NCBI RefSeq assembly: GCF_006345805.1
Contig: NC_042998.1
Coordinates: forward strand, 183,768,001 to 183,832,000
DNA from: Octopus sinensis
Taxonomy: Eukaryota
Length of the DNA: 64,000 bases
Reading direction: 5' to 3'
In this document: piece after piece, positions 11,476-23,508 of the stretch
Layout: each line of letters begins with the position of its first letter
Numbering within the stretch: position 1 is the stretch's first letter
Notes under the pieces: model-generated
The model's database searches: none
The model's input: the letters and a program-made list of their open reading frames with translations, nothing else
What the model was told of the DNA's origin: nothing
Program-made: the position numbers and the translations under genes

Positions 11476-11729
11476 ATTAACATCGTCATATATTCTACCC
11501 ATAAACGTATGATTCATATTTGCAGAGGAGTGGATGCAGTAAATTGCGTACTTGAAAATTTCATCACTCCTGTAGAGAGACGAAAAACAAAAATAAACAC
11601 TATCAGGATTTGAACCCATAAGGTAGAATAACGAAACAAGATGACGAGCCAACAAAGGGACTTCTAAGAGGCAATCCGACGTGTTAGTAATAGCAGCCAC
11701 ATTTCAATATCATACTTTCACATATTTTA

Positions 11730-11900
11730 GTTCACAGCCTGGAATTTGCGTGGAGATGGGGCCAGTCGACTTCATCGACCCGTGAAAGGATGCAAGGCAA
11801 AGTCAACTTCGGCGGAGCTTGAACTCAGAATGTAAAGAATCGGAAGTAATAACGCTAAGCATATTGTCCGACGCGCTAACAGTTCTGCCAGGTCGCCGCA
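11730..11900 (-). mobile_element. Diverged S1-related SINE
   Basis: tcgacccgtgaaaggatgcaaggcaaagtcaacttcggcggagcttgaactcagaa...gctaacagttctgccag. Confidence 0.75.
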
Positions 11901-12200
11901 TTATTTTTGGCTATAATGAAACTTCATAGTAGTAACAAGGAAAGCATATTTCTTAATCATTACTACCGCCACATAAATGATTCTTCGCATATAGACAGGA
12001 AACTCGAGATATTGAGGTGTGAAAAGGAAGTTCAACAAGTTTCCGCTTCCGTTTTTAACCGTCTTGTATAAGGATATGTACACACACACACACACTCATG
12101 CAAGCACGCACGTGAGTGAATAAGCTGTACCTGTGTGTGTGTGTGTGTGTGTGTGTGTTGTATACATACATATCTGTAAATAAAAGGGATGTGATATTTA

Positions 12201-12637
12201 GGATCTTTTCGGTTTGAACGGCAGTTTTTAAAAATAATTTCCACGTAACTAAACACCTTTAAACTTCGTATACTGGTAGAATGTGTTTATAAAACATCTT
12301 TTTCTCGGCTTTATTGAGAAAATTCTATAGTTTGTAAGATATTTGTTGTTTTTTTCCCTTCAATTTCCGCAATTCCAACCAATCAATGACGTCTATTGAG
12401 GTGAAAACATTCTGTGCCGTATGAACATGTCCCTCATTTAAGAAACAGATTGGGTTTATTTACATTTCTGAAGAAAAAAAGATACCCTTCCCCCACCCCT
12501 AACCCTAACCCTAACTAACCCTAACCCTAACCCTAAAATAGATTGAAATGCAATAGATCGATACTAGAGTCATAATTATGGGTGACAATTTCATATGACA
12601 CCGCGAGAAAAAACTGCCGTTCAAACCGAAAAGATCC
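12201..12637. mobile_element. About 420-bp MITE (family M1; GGATCTTTTCGGTTTGAACGGCAG TIR) with internal CCCTAA repeats, Merlin-like
   Basis: About 29-bp TIRs; TSD GATATTT(A/G) at 12193-12200 and 12638-12645; telomere-type hexamers at about 12495-12535. Confidence 0.92.
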
Positions 12638-13029
12638 GATATTTGAGTACTACAGCTGTTTCAAACGCAGGTCGGTTGCATCTTAAGTAACATTACGAAT
12701 GTCTTGTAGCCGTGCCGTGTACTTTTTTTTTTTTATATCTGCTACATATAGCTGTTTCGTTGAAAGTAGTCCGCCGTAATGGAGGATACGGACTGCTTGT
12801 GGCTTTCGAAATGGAATTATATAGCACCTGTCATATTATCGGAATTTTTCTGCCTAATCTCAATATGGGACGAACTGTATTTGATGCATTGATTAAAAAG
12901 TTTTATTGATCAATTATCGAGTCATTTTTCTTTTACTTTTTCTTTTGTTTTTGTTTTTTATATACAAGACGTGTTTATGCTAGAGACTAACAAACTGTAT
13001 TTTACCACGATCACTCGACTGATTCTACC

Positions 13030-13068
13030 TTATTATTATTATTATCATCATCATCATCATCATCATCA

Positions 13069-13140
<72 letters not shown>

Positions 13141-13215
13141 TTATTATTTTCATCATCATCATCATCGTCGTCGTCGTCATCATCATCATCATCATCGCCA
13201 CCATGATTATTATTG

Positions 13216-13264
<49 letters not shown>

Positions 13265-13310
13265 AACACACACATATGTATGTATGTATGTATGTATGTA
13301 CACACACACA
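13030..13310. repeat. Compound trinucleotide microsatellite (TAT/CAT/CGT) plus TATG
   Basis: Read directly from the sequence. Confidence 0.95.
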
Positions 13311-13518
13311 CATGTACAGGTGCGTCTCAGAAAATTAGAATATTGAGGGGAAAAAATGAATATCGGAAGAAGTTATTATTCTTACGCATAACAGATATAG
13401 CTGTTAGCTTCAATTCAGTATGAGCAATCTTACTAAATTATAGAATGATTACCAAGTGACTAAGATGTTGGAAGAATACAAATAATGTGATTTCTTATAT
13501 ATATATATATGTATATTA

Positions 13519-13556
<38 letters not shown>

Positions 13557-13639
13557 ATAATATAAGATATACACACACACAAACAAACGCGTCGTGCACA
13601 CACACCGTACGCACACACACTACGCACACACATATATAT

Positions 13640-14417
13640 ATGCATGTATGTATGTATGTATGTATGTATGTACTGATGTATGTATGTAGTATGTATGTAT
13701 GTGTGTATGTATGTATGTATGTATGTATGTATGTATGTATATGTATATGTATGTATGTATGTAATGTGTTGGTGTGTGTATGGTATGTATGTATGTATGT
13801 ATGAATGTATGTATGTATGTATGTATGTGTGTGTATGTATGTATGTATGTATGTATGAATGTATGTATGTATGTATGTATGTGTGTGTGTGTATGTATGT
13901 ATGTATGTATGTATGTATGTGTGTGTGTGTATGTATGTATGTATGTATGTATGTGTGTGTGTATGTATGTATGAATGTATGTATGTATGTATGTATGTAT
14001 GTATGTATGTATGTATGTGTGTGTGTGTATGTATGTATGTATGTATGAATGTATGTATGTATGTATGTGTGTGTGTATGTATGTATGAATGTATGTATGT
14101 ATGTATGTATGTATGAATGTATGTATGTATGTATGTAAGTATGTATGTATGTATGTATGTATGTAAGTATGTATGTATGTATGTATGTAAGTATGTATGT
14201 ATGTATGTATATATGTATGTATGTATGAATGTATGTATGTATGTATGAATGTATGTATGTATGTATGTATGAATGTATGTATGTATGTATGTATGTATGT
14301 ATGTATGTATGTATGTATGCATGTATGTATGCATGTATGTATGTATGTATGTATGTATGTATGTATGTATGTATGTATGTATGTATGCATGTATGTAAGT
14401 ATGTATGTATGTATGTA
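13640..14417. repeat. About 780-bp (TATG)n tract
   Basis: Read directly; source of the YIHT/MYVC pseudo-ORFs. Confidence 0.97.
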
Positions 14418-14429
14418 CATTGAAAACGC

Positions 14430-16070
14430 TGCAATCGCAAACATTTCCAAAAGACCATAATTGATATAGTCCGCAAAGAAGGGAGGAAACGAAGGTTGTC
14501 ATTGAAAAAGCTGGTTGTTCTCAGAATTCCGTTCGAAGCATTTTTCTTGAATCTCGTCTGGACGACGGCACGAATACGAAGGACGGTAACTTTGTGATAA
14601 TTGTAAAAAAAAAATGAGCTGGCTTGACTGTGGGAGAGATTCATAAAAAGTGAACGGAAGCAGAAGTTATTGTATCAAAGGCCACCACGGCTTTAAGAGA
14701 TACTTTCTGAACGACAGGCAGTGCCAAAGTCTGCTGAATCGAAACAAACAGGAACGTATTGAGTAGTGGCTTAAAGTTTTTTTCCCCGATGAAAGCAAGT
14801 TTATATTTCCATAAGAAACCAAAACTACAGAATTTGAAGGAGGCTTGGAAAAGCATATAACTTAAGCTGTCAATTCCCGCAGTCAGTAGAGGCTTGGGTC
14901 TCATGTGCAGGAACCAAATCACGAAGCCAATAAATTTCCTCGGGGTTAGTCTATGCGGCGGGGTGCACCAGACGATACGTGAGCACTTCATACTTTCATC
15001 AACTGAAAAGCTATTTAATGATGTAGAATTTTTGTTCCAGCAGGATTTGGCACCAGCGCATCTGTTCCAGTTTGCATGGATTTCCCGACTCGATTTCGCC
15101 ACCCATTATGATGATCGTATCTAGCATTTGGGTCAGTGGGGGGAAATATCGTGTTTCTGTACACAGTTGGTTGATGAAGATTTTTGATGGACCATGACCC
15201 GTGTGTATTCATGCCATGATGTCCATAGGTGTGTATCACTAACAGATTGCTAGCTATCTTGCAATGTCTTTGCTAGTTTTCTTGCAATGATTACAAGAAG
15301 ATTGCTGTATTATCTTTGTTTAGTCGAAAGCACTTTCCATGAGAGAATCAAAACAACAAGTAACGTGCAGGTGTAAACGTCATTATGTGTGAGTGTCCCA
15401 GCAGTGGATTCGCTCAATACCAATGATTTTGCAGTGGCACAAGAGAGGCTTCTCTTAAAATCCTGTTGCGACGACTTCCAAATGATACTAGGGCCATCGA
15501 ATGACCTCTAAATATAAGAAATTACCAGCGAATATGGAAATAAGCTGCCTTGAACTAAACACAGGCTGCTCTTCAATAAGGCGTAGAACCTGACAGTCAC
15601 ATGGTCTAGGGTTACTGATATAACCATAGGAAGCTGTATTTCGTATGAGCAGTTTCGGGGAAAGAGTCATCCACTACCAACGGCATGGCCAGGATCATCA
15701 AATATCCGAAGTATATTAATGCTAATGTTCATAGACCTGGAAACCATGGATGTTATTAGCCAAGGAAAGATTTCATAGAACTTATCCACAGCGCCAAAAC
15801 AACAGCTGCCCAGTTACTACATAATCAATACATAAACATGCTTCCTTGACCAGTTGACTTACCTGACTTGACCCCTAAAGAGAGTATATGGAGTATCGTT
15901 AAAAAGAACAAGACCATGTTGCCTCCCAGTAATCAGGTAGAACTAAAGATGGCTATCGAGAATACCTGGACTTCTATCACACCTAAACAGTATTACAGGT
16001 TGTTTTCCATATGTTACGACATATTCAAGTAGTGATTGAAACTAAAGGGGCTCCAACCATGTGATAAAGG
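14430..16070 (+). mobile_element. Decayed Tc1-family transposase, interrupted at about 15063-15787
   Basis: Fragments read EKAGCSQ, TVGEIHKK, (S)DESKF, EFLFQQDLAPAH, then HSAKTT...PDLTPKESIWSIVKK. Confidence 0.75.
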
Positions 16071-16511
16071 ACATTCCGTAATCACCTTTCAAGTTTTTGT
16101 CAACTTGCTTTATTGTAATGATATATTTTGCATATGCAATCCAATGAATACACACAGCTTTTCAAATACATGATATAAACCGAAGTTTTCTCCGTTGTTA
16201 CCCGTGTAGTAGTAACTGTGTTTGGTATCTGTTGTCAATATTCCGGTTTAGTTTCGGATAGAAAGCCTTTATAAAATACTCCTCTTTTGCCTTTCATAAT
16301 TGTTCATATTTTCTTCAGTTTCAAAAAAAAAAAAAAGAAGAAAAGAAAAAAGAAAGAAAAAGAAAAAAAAAAGGAAAAAATTCAAATTTCACTGCATGAA
16401 ATATTCTTATAAGATATACCCGTGATCTGTTGTTTATATAACCTGACTTGGTCTAATAATTTTGTTCCTGTTTGATCAATATGGTTCCACTGTACCTTCC
16501 TGCTCTCCTTG

Positions 16512-17091
16512 GTTTCTGATTACAAATATCTTGGGTCATACATATCATCATCTGGAAAAGACTTTCTACCTAGAAAGGGTATGGCCTGGTCAGCCTGTAA
16601 TGACATGCATAAGATCTGGTCATCAAATCAAAGTAGAGACCTCAAACTTGAAATCTTCAAAGCCACAGTCGAACCAATTCTACTATACGGCTCAGAAACC
16701 TGGACGTTATCAAAGAAGCTTGAGAGGCGGTTGGATGGAACCTACACTCGCCTCCTTATGAGAGCTCAAAATCTCCCGTGGAAGCGCCATCCAACCAAAA
16801 TGCAAATATATGGGAAACTACCACCTGTGTCATCTCTTCTGAAAGGTAGGAGAGTCCAGTTTGCTGGACATTGTTGTAGAGCTGAAAAAGAGGTAATTTC
16901 TACTCTTCTCCTCTGGAAGCCATCAACCCGCAATACCAGAGGGCGCACACTCTCCTACCCTGATGTAATCTCCAGGGATACAGGTATCTAGCAACAGGAC
17001 CTCCGTAATGCCATGATGGACCGTGAAGTCTGGCGAAGCATAGTAAATTCCATTGTCTCGACCACAGTCGAACAATGATGATGATGAATGA
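16512..17091 (+). mobile_element. 5'-truncated RTE/RTEX-type LINE
   Basis: VSDYKYLGS...ILLYGSETWTL...RRVQFAGHC; (ATG)n tail; TSD TGC(T/C)CTCCTTG at 16501-16511 and 17092-17102. Confidence 0.88.
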
Positions 17092-17755
17092 TGCCCTCCT
17101 TGCTTTTTTTCTCCATTACCTCGACCCTTCTCTTACTACCACCCAACACGCACATATCACGTACACATCGCACACCAATTACAAGCACACTTACACACCC
17201 ATACATATCTCTTGTCTCTAAGCATTTCTGTCCAGAGTTCAGTCCAGCCTTTAAACTTTTGTAACTAGGTGTTTATTTACAATAAACACGCCTTACTCTA
17301 AAGCTTCACTAAACTCTAAACTGTAACCTTCACGCTCCCAAAGCAAAAAGTTAAATTTTCCATTAGTATCCATATAAAACCAATTACAACTAAACCTAGT
17401 GACATAGCTGCTGATCAACTAACCTTTTCACCTACATACATTCTCTTTTGAATCCTTAAATGATAACCTTGTGTTCTGAAGCTGGCAGAGCTAAATAAAC
17501 ACTTGCATGATTAAATTCTGAACAATAACACAACTACAAATTTAATCAATAAAAATCTTCCATAATATCGTTCCATCACAACCTATCCCATAACCTAATT
17601 ATCATTCAACGGAGCTCCATATATCCTAGAAAAATTTTAACTTAACAGAGACTATATTCAAGACGAACTCAAATGTACCACAGATCGATGATGGCTTAGC
17701 AAATCGAAAATTCGAAGTCACTGTCAATACTATTCTATATGAATGTATATATATG

Positions 17756-17793
<38 letters not shown>

Positions 17794-17810
17794 ACACGCG
17801 CGCACTTATA

Positions 17811-17950
17811 TATGACGGACTTCTTTCCGTCTGCCAAATCCACTTACAATGATTTAATCGGCTGGAGGCAATTGTAGATGACACTTGCCCAGTGGAACTG
17901 AACCCTGGACCATATCGTTGGGAAGCATGCTTCATACCACGCAGCCATGC
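17811..17950 (-). mobile_element. CORE-type SINE 5' half
   Basis: Reverse complement of the 26100-26250 family. Confidence 0.65.
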
Positions 17951-18670
17951 CTGATACATACACATACACATACACACACACACATATATATATTATACCA
18001 ATACTGAATACATCGTTTTAGCAAGAATCTAATACTTATAGATTTACTCGTGAGTTTGAGTTCTATCCCATTTATTTAGAACTTCAGCTTTTATTTTTTC
18101 ATTGATTTTTCTTTATAATATTTCTAATACATTTTGCGAACTAATTAAATTTAAAACTATTTAATTTTCATTTTAAAAACATACATTTAACCGTTATATC
18201 ACTTAAATGAAATGTTGGTTCAAATTTTTAGCAATAATGCTACCCTTTCATAAATAACACCAGCCTACGATATATTTTCATAATCTATAGAAAATAATAT
18301 TTCAAACACATTCACTTGATGGATAATGGTTTTTTCGATCAAGGTCATTTTATTTGTAAGATAGCATGAAAGTACGTATACGTAGCTAATACATCTAGAA
18401 AGTATTTATAAATTACACCCGGTTTTTATTTTGTTTATAGCTGGTCTAGATAGCAGTATATAAATGCGAAAATTATTCTATCTAGTAAGTTTAATTTTTA
18501 AATCGATAAGTTTTCTTTCTCTTAATGCGTATAAACTTGGACTATGGATAAATTAAACTTATTACATCATATCGAAATAACTTACCCAATATTGAAAGAA
18601 AAATTCATCTTGCCTGGTATTTATTGAAAATTCACTTTCGAGGTTGCATATTATCCCTTTTATAAGAAAA

Positions 18671-18760
<90 letters not shown>
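18671..18760. repeat. (TATC)n, left flank of the Tx1-type insertion
   Basis: Perfect repeats. Confidence 0.97.
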
Positions 18761-19857
18761 AGGGCGAATAGCACCGCGAGTGTCGCGTTGCTCTCAAGCA
18801 ACTCTGCCGTCCTGGGTCGACCTTAAGTGACTTCAACACAACCAAAGCATTCTATAGGGGTTTAGTGGAGGGGAGGTACGACGACGAGCTCGGGGCTAAC
18901 CTGGACGTCGACGAGGAGTACCTGACCCGCCTGTTCAGGACGACTTTCGGGCCAGGGCCCATGGACAACTTCCAGAGATCCCTGGCCTGGCAGTGCTACC
19001 GAGAAGCGCTACCCGTTCGGGATAAGCTCTACAGACACGGCTCGAGAAACACGGGGCCGACCTGCCCGAGATGCGGTCAGAGCGACGAAACCGTTCTGCA
19101 CGCACTCGTTCAGTGTCCAACAATTTCCGACCTGTGGGCTTATGTCGAACAACTGCTGTCACGTGTGGGACGAGTCGGTTTATCAGCTGAGTCTATCGTC
19201 AATATTGTCACACCTCCTTCCTTCAAACGGGAAGGAAGAGCTATTTTCATCATCCTTGTGGCTATGGCGAAAGAATGTATCTGGTGGACGCGTCTGAAAG
19301 GATTGGAGACAAACACTTTCCTCTCTGGTCAATCTCTCATCAACTTCTTCAAGTACCACTTGAAAAGGAAAGTGAGAGTAGAGAGGCAAGTTTTGTCTAG
19401 CGAATGTTTTAAAAAAAGATGGGTGAATGTAGCAAGAATGGCACGTATGAATGACGAAGCCACCTTGAGCATAGTCCTATGAACCCAGAAATCGAAAACA
19501 GAGAGTTGCTTATTTGCAAAAAAAAAAAAAAAAAAAGAAATAAAATGTGACTTCATTGACCGAGGTTACCGTGGTCTTTTCCGTAGGCTTTTCTTTCCAC
19601 GGGTAAACCTCACCTGTCCTCCCCTTTACACTTCATATTGACATTTCTGTGATAACGATCCCTATTGATCAATTTTTTTTTTTTTCCCTCTCCCCCTTTT
19701 TTTTTAACCCCCTTTTTTTGTCCTCTTTCTCTCCTTTTACGATCCCTTTTGATCGAAACTCCCCTTCCTTTTTTTTTTTTTTTAACCTTCAAAAGAAAAG
19801 CTCTACCTTGTAATTTGTTCTATCTGTGTGCAGCCCTGTGTGGCTAATAAAGAAACA
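18761..19857 (+). mobile_element. 5'-truncated Tx1/L1-clade LINE (ORF2 C-terminus with zf-RVT-type Cys/His motif plus 3' UTR)
   Basis: ORF 18865-19482: WQCYREALPVRDKLYRHG...CPRCGQSDETVLHALVQCP; T-rich 3' UTR ending AATAAAGAAACA; (TATC)n on both sides. Confidence 0.88.
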
Positions 19858-19869
19858 TATCTATCTATC

Positions 19870-19973
<104 letters not shown>

Positions 19974-19987
19974 CTTTATTATTATTA

Positions 19988-20109
19988 TTTTGCTAGTGCT
20001 TGTAAATTTTGTTATCAGGTATTCTATCTTGAGATTTGGTGACCAGAGTTCCCCTCATATCTCAATCAGGTCGACAAAGCGAGTTTCAATTCCATTTTCT
20101 TTCAGGCTC

Positions 20110-20199
<90 letters not shown>

Positions 20200-22130
20200 T
20201 ATTATTATTATTATTATTGCCTTTACACGGCTTCTAACACGGGAGATGTATTACAGTATCAGCTGTTCACTACCAGTGAACTAAGGTAACATCTCTTATT
20301 TTCGAACACCTTCCGGAGTATTCGAGCGGTTCCAAGCAGTGCTGTTTTCTGCAAGTGCTACACCCTTATTGCAGCCCTATTTGTTCGAGATTTTTGCTCA
20401 CTGTTCCCAGGCCTCCGACAATTATTGGTACTACTGCCACCTTTTTCATCGACCACAACTGCTTAACTTCCCAAGCTAACCTGTCATACCTCCCGACTTT
20501 TCTCTCTTCCTTATCGCATACCTTGTTGTCAGCTGGGCATGCTATATCTATGATCCAGCACAGTTTGTTTTCTTTCTCAATTAAGACTATGCCTGGCTTC
20601 CTATTCTCTATCTCATGGTCGCACTGAATAATAAACTCCCATGAGGTCTTTGTATTTCTATTTTCGACGATGCCTTCAGGTTTGTGGTCGTACCAATTTT
20701 TTGCTCAGTCAAGTCCATACTTGTTGCAAAGTGTCCAATGGACAAGCCTAGCTATATTGTCGTGGCATTTCTTATATTCCTTCTGGGCTATTGGCGTACA
20801 TTAGCTGGCTATATGCCATACGGTTTCACCGTTTTGTCCACAGATTCTGCACGTATCACTTTCTGCTGTGTTGTCTATTCTGTATTTTATGTAGTTTGTT
20901 CTTAGTGCTTGCTCTTGGGCAGCACAGATTAGAGCCTCCTTTCCGGTTTTAAATCACTTTTAGACATCCAAAGCCATCTTTTTCTCTGTCTGTCTTATCT
21001 TCAACATCCCTATGAAATTGGCCATGCATTCTTTTCTTTACCCACCTATTTTCAGTTCCATTCGTTTTCAATTTCTTATATAGTGCTTTATCATTGCAAT
21101 CTTTCATCCTGCACAAGCCTGACCTTTTTACTTCTAAGAATAGCGGTTCTGTAGCATTTTTTACATACCATGCTATGTTGTTTTCTTCTGCGCTAATGCT
21201 GTGTTCGCATCCAATAAGTCCTTTTCCCCCTCTTTTTCTTGGTACATACAGTCTGTCTGTGTCACATTTTGGGTGGAGTGACCCATATCTAGTTAGCAAC
21301 TTCCTTATCTTTCTATCTAAGTTGTTTAGTTCGTCTACTCTCCATGCGATTACCCTGCTCCATATCTAAAGTGTGAAACCGCCCAGCTGTTGATAGCTTC
21401 GATCTTATTCCGTCCATTTAATTTCGACTTAAGGATCAGTCTCAGTCTGCGTAAGTACTCCACCTTAAATCTTTCTCTCATTTTTTTCTCCATCAATTTA
21501 TCCATTTCCAAAATCCCAAGTACTTATAGCCCGTCTCTTCTATCTGCTTCATAACCTCTACCGACGATATCGTTAGCCCGTCCATTCATTTGATTTTGTC
21601 TCTCTTCAAGACTAACACATCACACTTTCTCAGTCCAAACTCTATTCTGATATCAGCACTGAAGTTATACACCGTATCAGCGAGGGAACTGACTTGGGCT
21701 TCATCTTTACCATAAAGTTTGAGGTCATCCATGAATAACAAATGGTTGACTTTTGGTTGGCGGCTTTCGAATAAATACCCAGCTTTTACTTTCCTCAGAA
21801 TCAGTGTTAGTGGTATCAAGCACAGTACAAAGCTCAGTGGAGACAGGCAGTCCCCTTGGAAGATGCCCCTCCCAATTTCTACTGTCCCTAAACTTCTTCC
21901 GTATGCTGTCAGGTTCGTCCTCCAATTCGCCATACTTTTTCTAAGCAATCGCTCAACATTCGATTCAATACCATATAGGGTCATACACTCTATATGGTGT
22001 TTATTTTGTACTAGTTTTTCTAGCTGTATAACGCCTCTACCACCTTTGATACGTTGTATATATAGCCTTTCTATGTCAGATTTTTGGTGGTGCATCCTAA
22101 ATCCTGTCATTATTTTTCATATTTTCCCTT
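19988..22130 (-). mobile_element. Decayed R4/Dong-type (RLE) non-LTR retrotransposon
   Basis: RT motifs GRGIFQGDCLSP and HLLFMDDLKLY; LHPK.D.DRLY.PR..GGKGL; 3' end runs into (TAA)n. Confidence 0.88.
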
Positions 22131-22279
22131 TTTTTTTTATTAGTTCATTTAGAGTCCAGTTAATAATATTGTAGCTGTAACTTATAACTAGGAGGGCTAG
22201 AGTGTTGGTACCTATTATCTTGTTTTTCGCATTGATCTCTGTTTTCAGCATTAATCTAACTCTCTATATCATCATCACC

Positions 22280-22328
<49 letters not shown>

Positions 22329-22699
22329 GTCTTTAAGTTTCAATTTTATTATAGGCGAAAAGAAGAAGACAGAAAAAAAGATAGAAAAAAAGAGGAAAGA
22401 AAAAAGGAGAATATTTAATCAAACAGTTTTGTGTAAATTTGATGAAATTCTCCCGTCATTTTATTCATTCCTCCAGGGCGTAATGTTAAGGACCCGCAGA
22501 CATATTTCTCCTCGTGCATTTTGAGAAGTGGAAGTGAAGTAGATTAAGAATATTTTCTAAGAATATGCGCTTTCAGGTCTTTTTCAAAATTGCAGCCGTT
22601 TGAAGCAAATATTCAGCAATCTCTACCGAATTTCTGTTATTGTGTCTGATGTCATACCTATACCTATTAAATCTTTTGTTTAGTTGTTCTGTTGTACAA

Positions 22700-23141
22700 T
22701 CACATGTGCACGACAGTGTGATCTTATATCAAGATAAACAACACATGACCTTGCAGGTGGGGCCCAGTTAGAATTTTCCTCAGGCCGAGTAGCCTATCCC
22801 TCTCAAAAGGTGCCTGAATAAGGTTTGTTTAAGGATGATGAGCGAAACACCCATGTTTCCAGAAGTGAATTATTCAAATCCCAAAGAATCCCTCTCAACA
22901 CATGGCTATGATGCTCCCCCACTACTTCTGCTCGTGATCAGAGATGCACATATCGTCAGCCACTAAGGGACATGCTCAACTGGTTATGGTCAAACAACTG
23001 ATAAGCAAATCTGTGGTATTGAGCAGAATATTTACTGTAGCCCATCTTTTATACCAAGACAAAACAATGTACATGATAACACTTCCAATCAGTTAAGATC
23101 AGAAGCCACGAGAACCACTGTCTGGTACTGCATCAGGGCAT

Positions 23142-23142
<1 letters not shown>
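22700..23142 (-). mobile_element. Unclassified probable interspersed-repeat segment abutting (TAAA/TAA)n
   Basis: Complex, relatively GC-balanced block with a sharp boundary at the microsatellite; single copy here and family not determinable. Confidence 0.3.
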
Positions 23143-23184
<42 letters not shown>

Positions 23185-23259
23185 TTATTATTATTATTAT
23201 ATTATTATTATTATTATTATTACTATTACTATTACTATTATTATTATTATTACTATTAC

Positions 23260-23294
<35 letters not shown>

Positions 23295-23331
23295 CTATTA
23301 CTATTACTATTATTATTATTATTACTATTAC

Positions 23332-23428
<97 letters not shown>

Positions 23429-23450
23429 ATATTATTATTATTAATATTAA

Positions 23451-23505
<55 letters not shown>
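23143..23505. repeat. (TTTA)n/(TAT)n microsatellite
   Basis: Read directly from the sequence. Confidence 0.97.

Positions 23506-23508
<3 letters not shown>

Noticed and set aside
12491-12540. Telomere or chromosome-fusion scar
   Set aside because: Only a few hexamers, at a fixed position inside a MITE with TIRs and TSD.
13460-14644. Long ORFs (394, 315 and 276 aa) of YIHT/MYVC repeats, and similar ORFs elsewhere
   Set aside because: They are translations of stop-free microsatellites.
15063-15787. Classifiable element inside the Tc1 remnant
   Set aside because: Only weak LINE-like peptide hints; too decayed to assign.
22700-23142. HDV-like ribozyme at a LINE 5' end
   Set aside because: No P1/P2/P3 pairing could be built by eye; kept only as a low-interest unexplained block.
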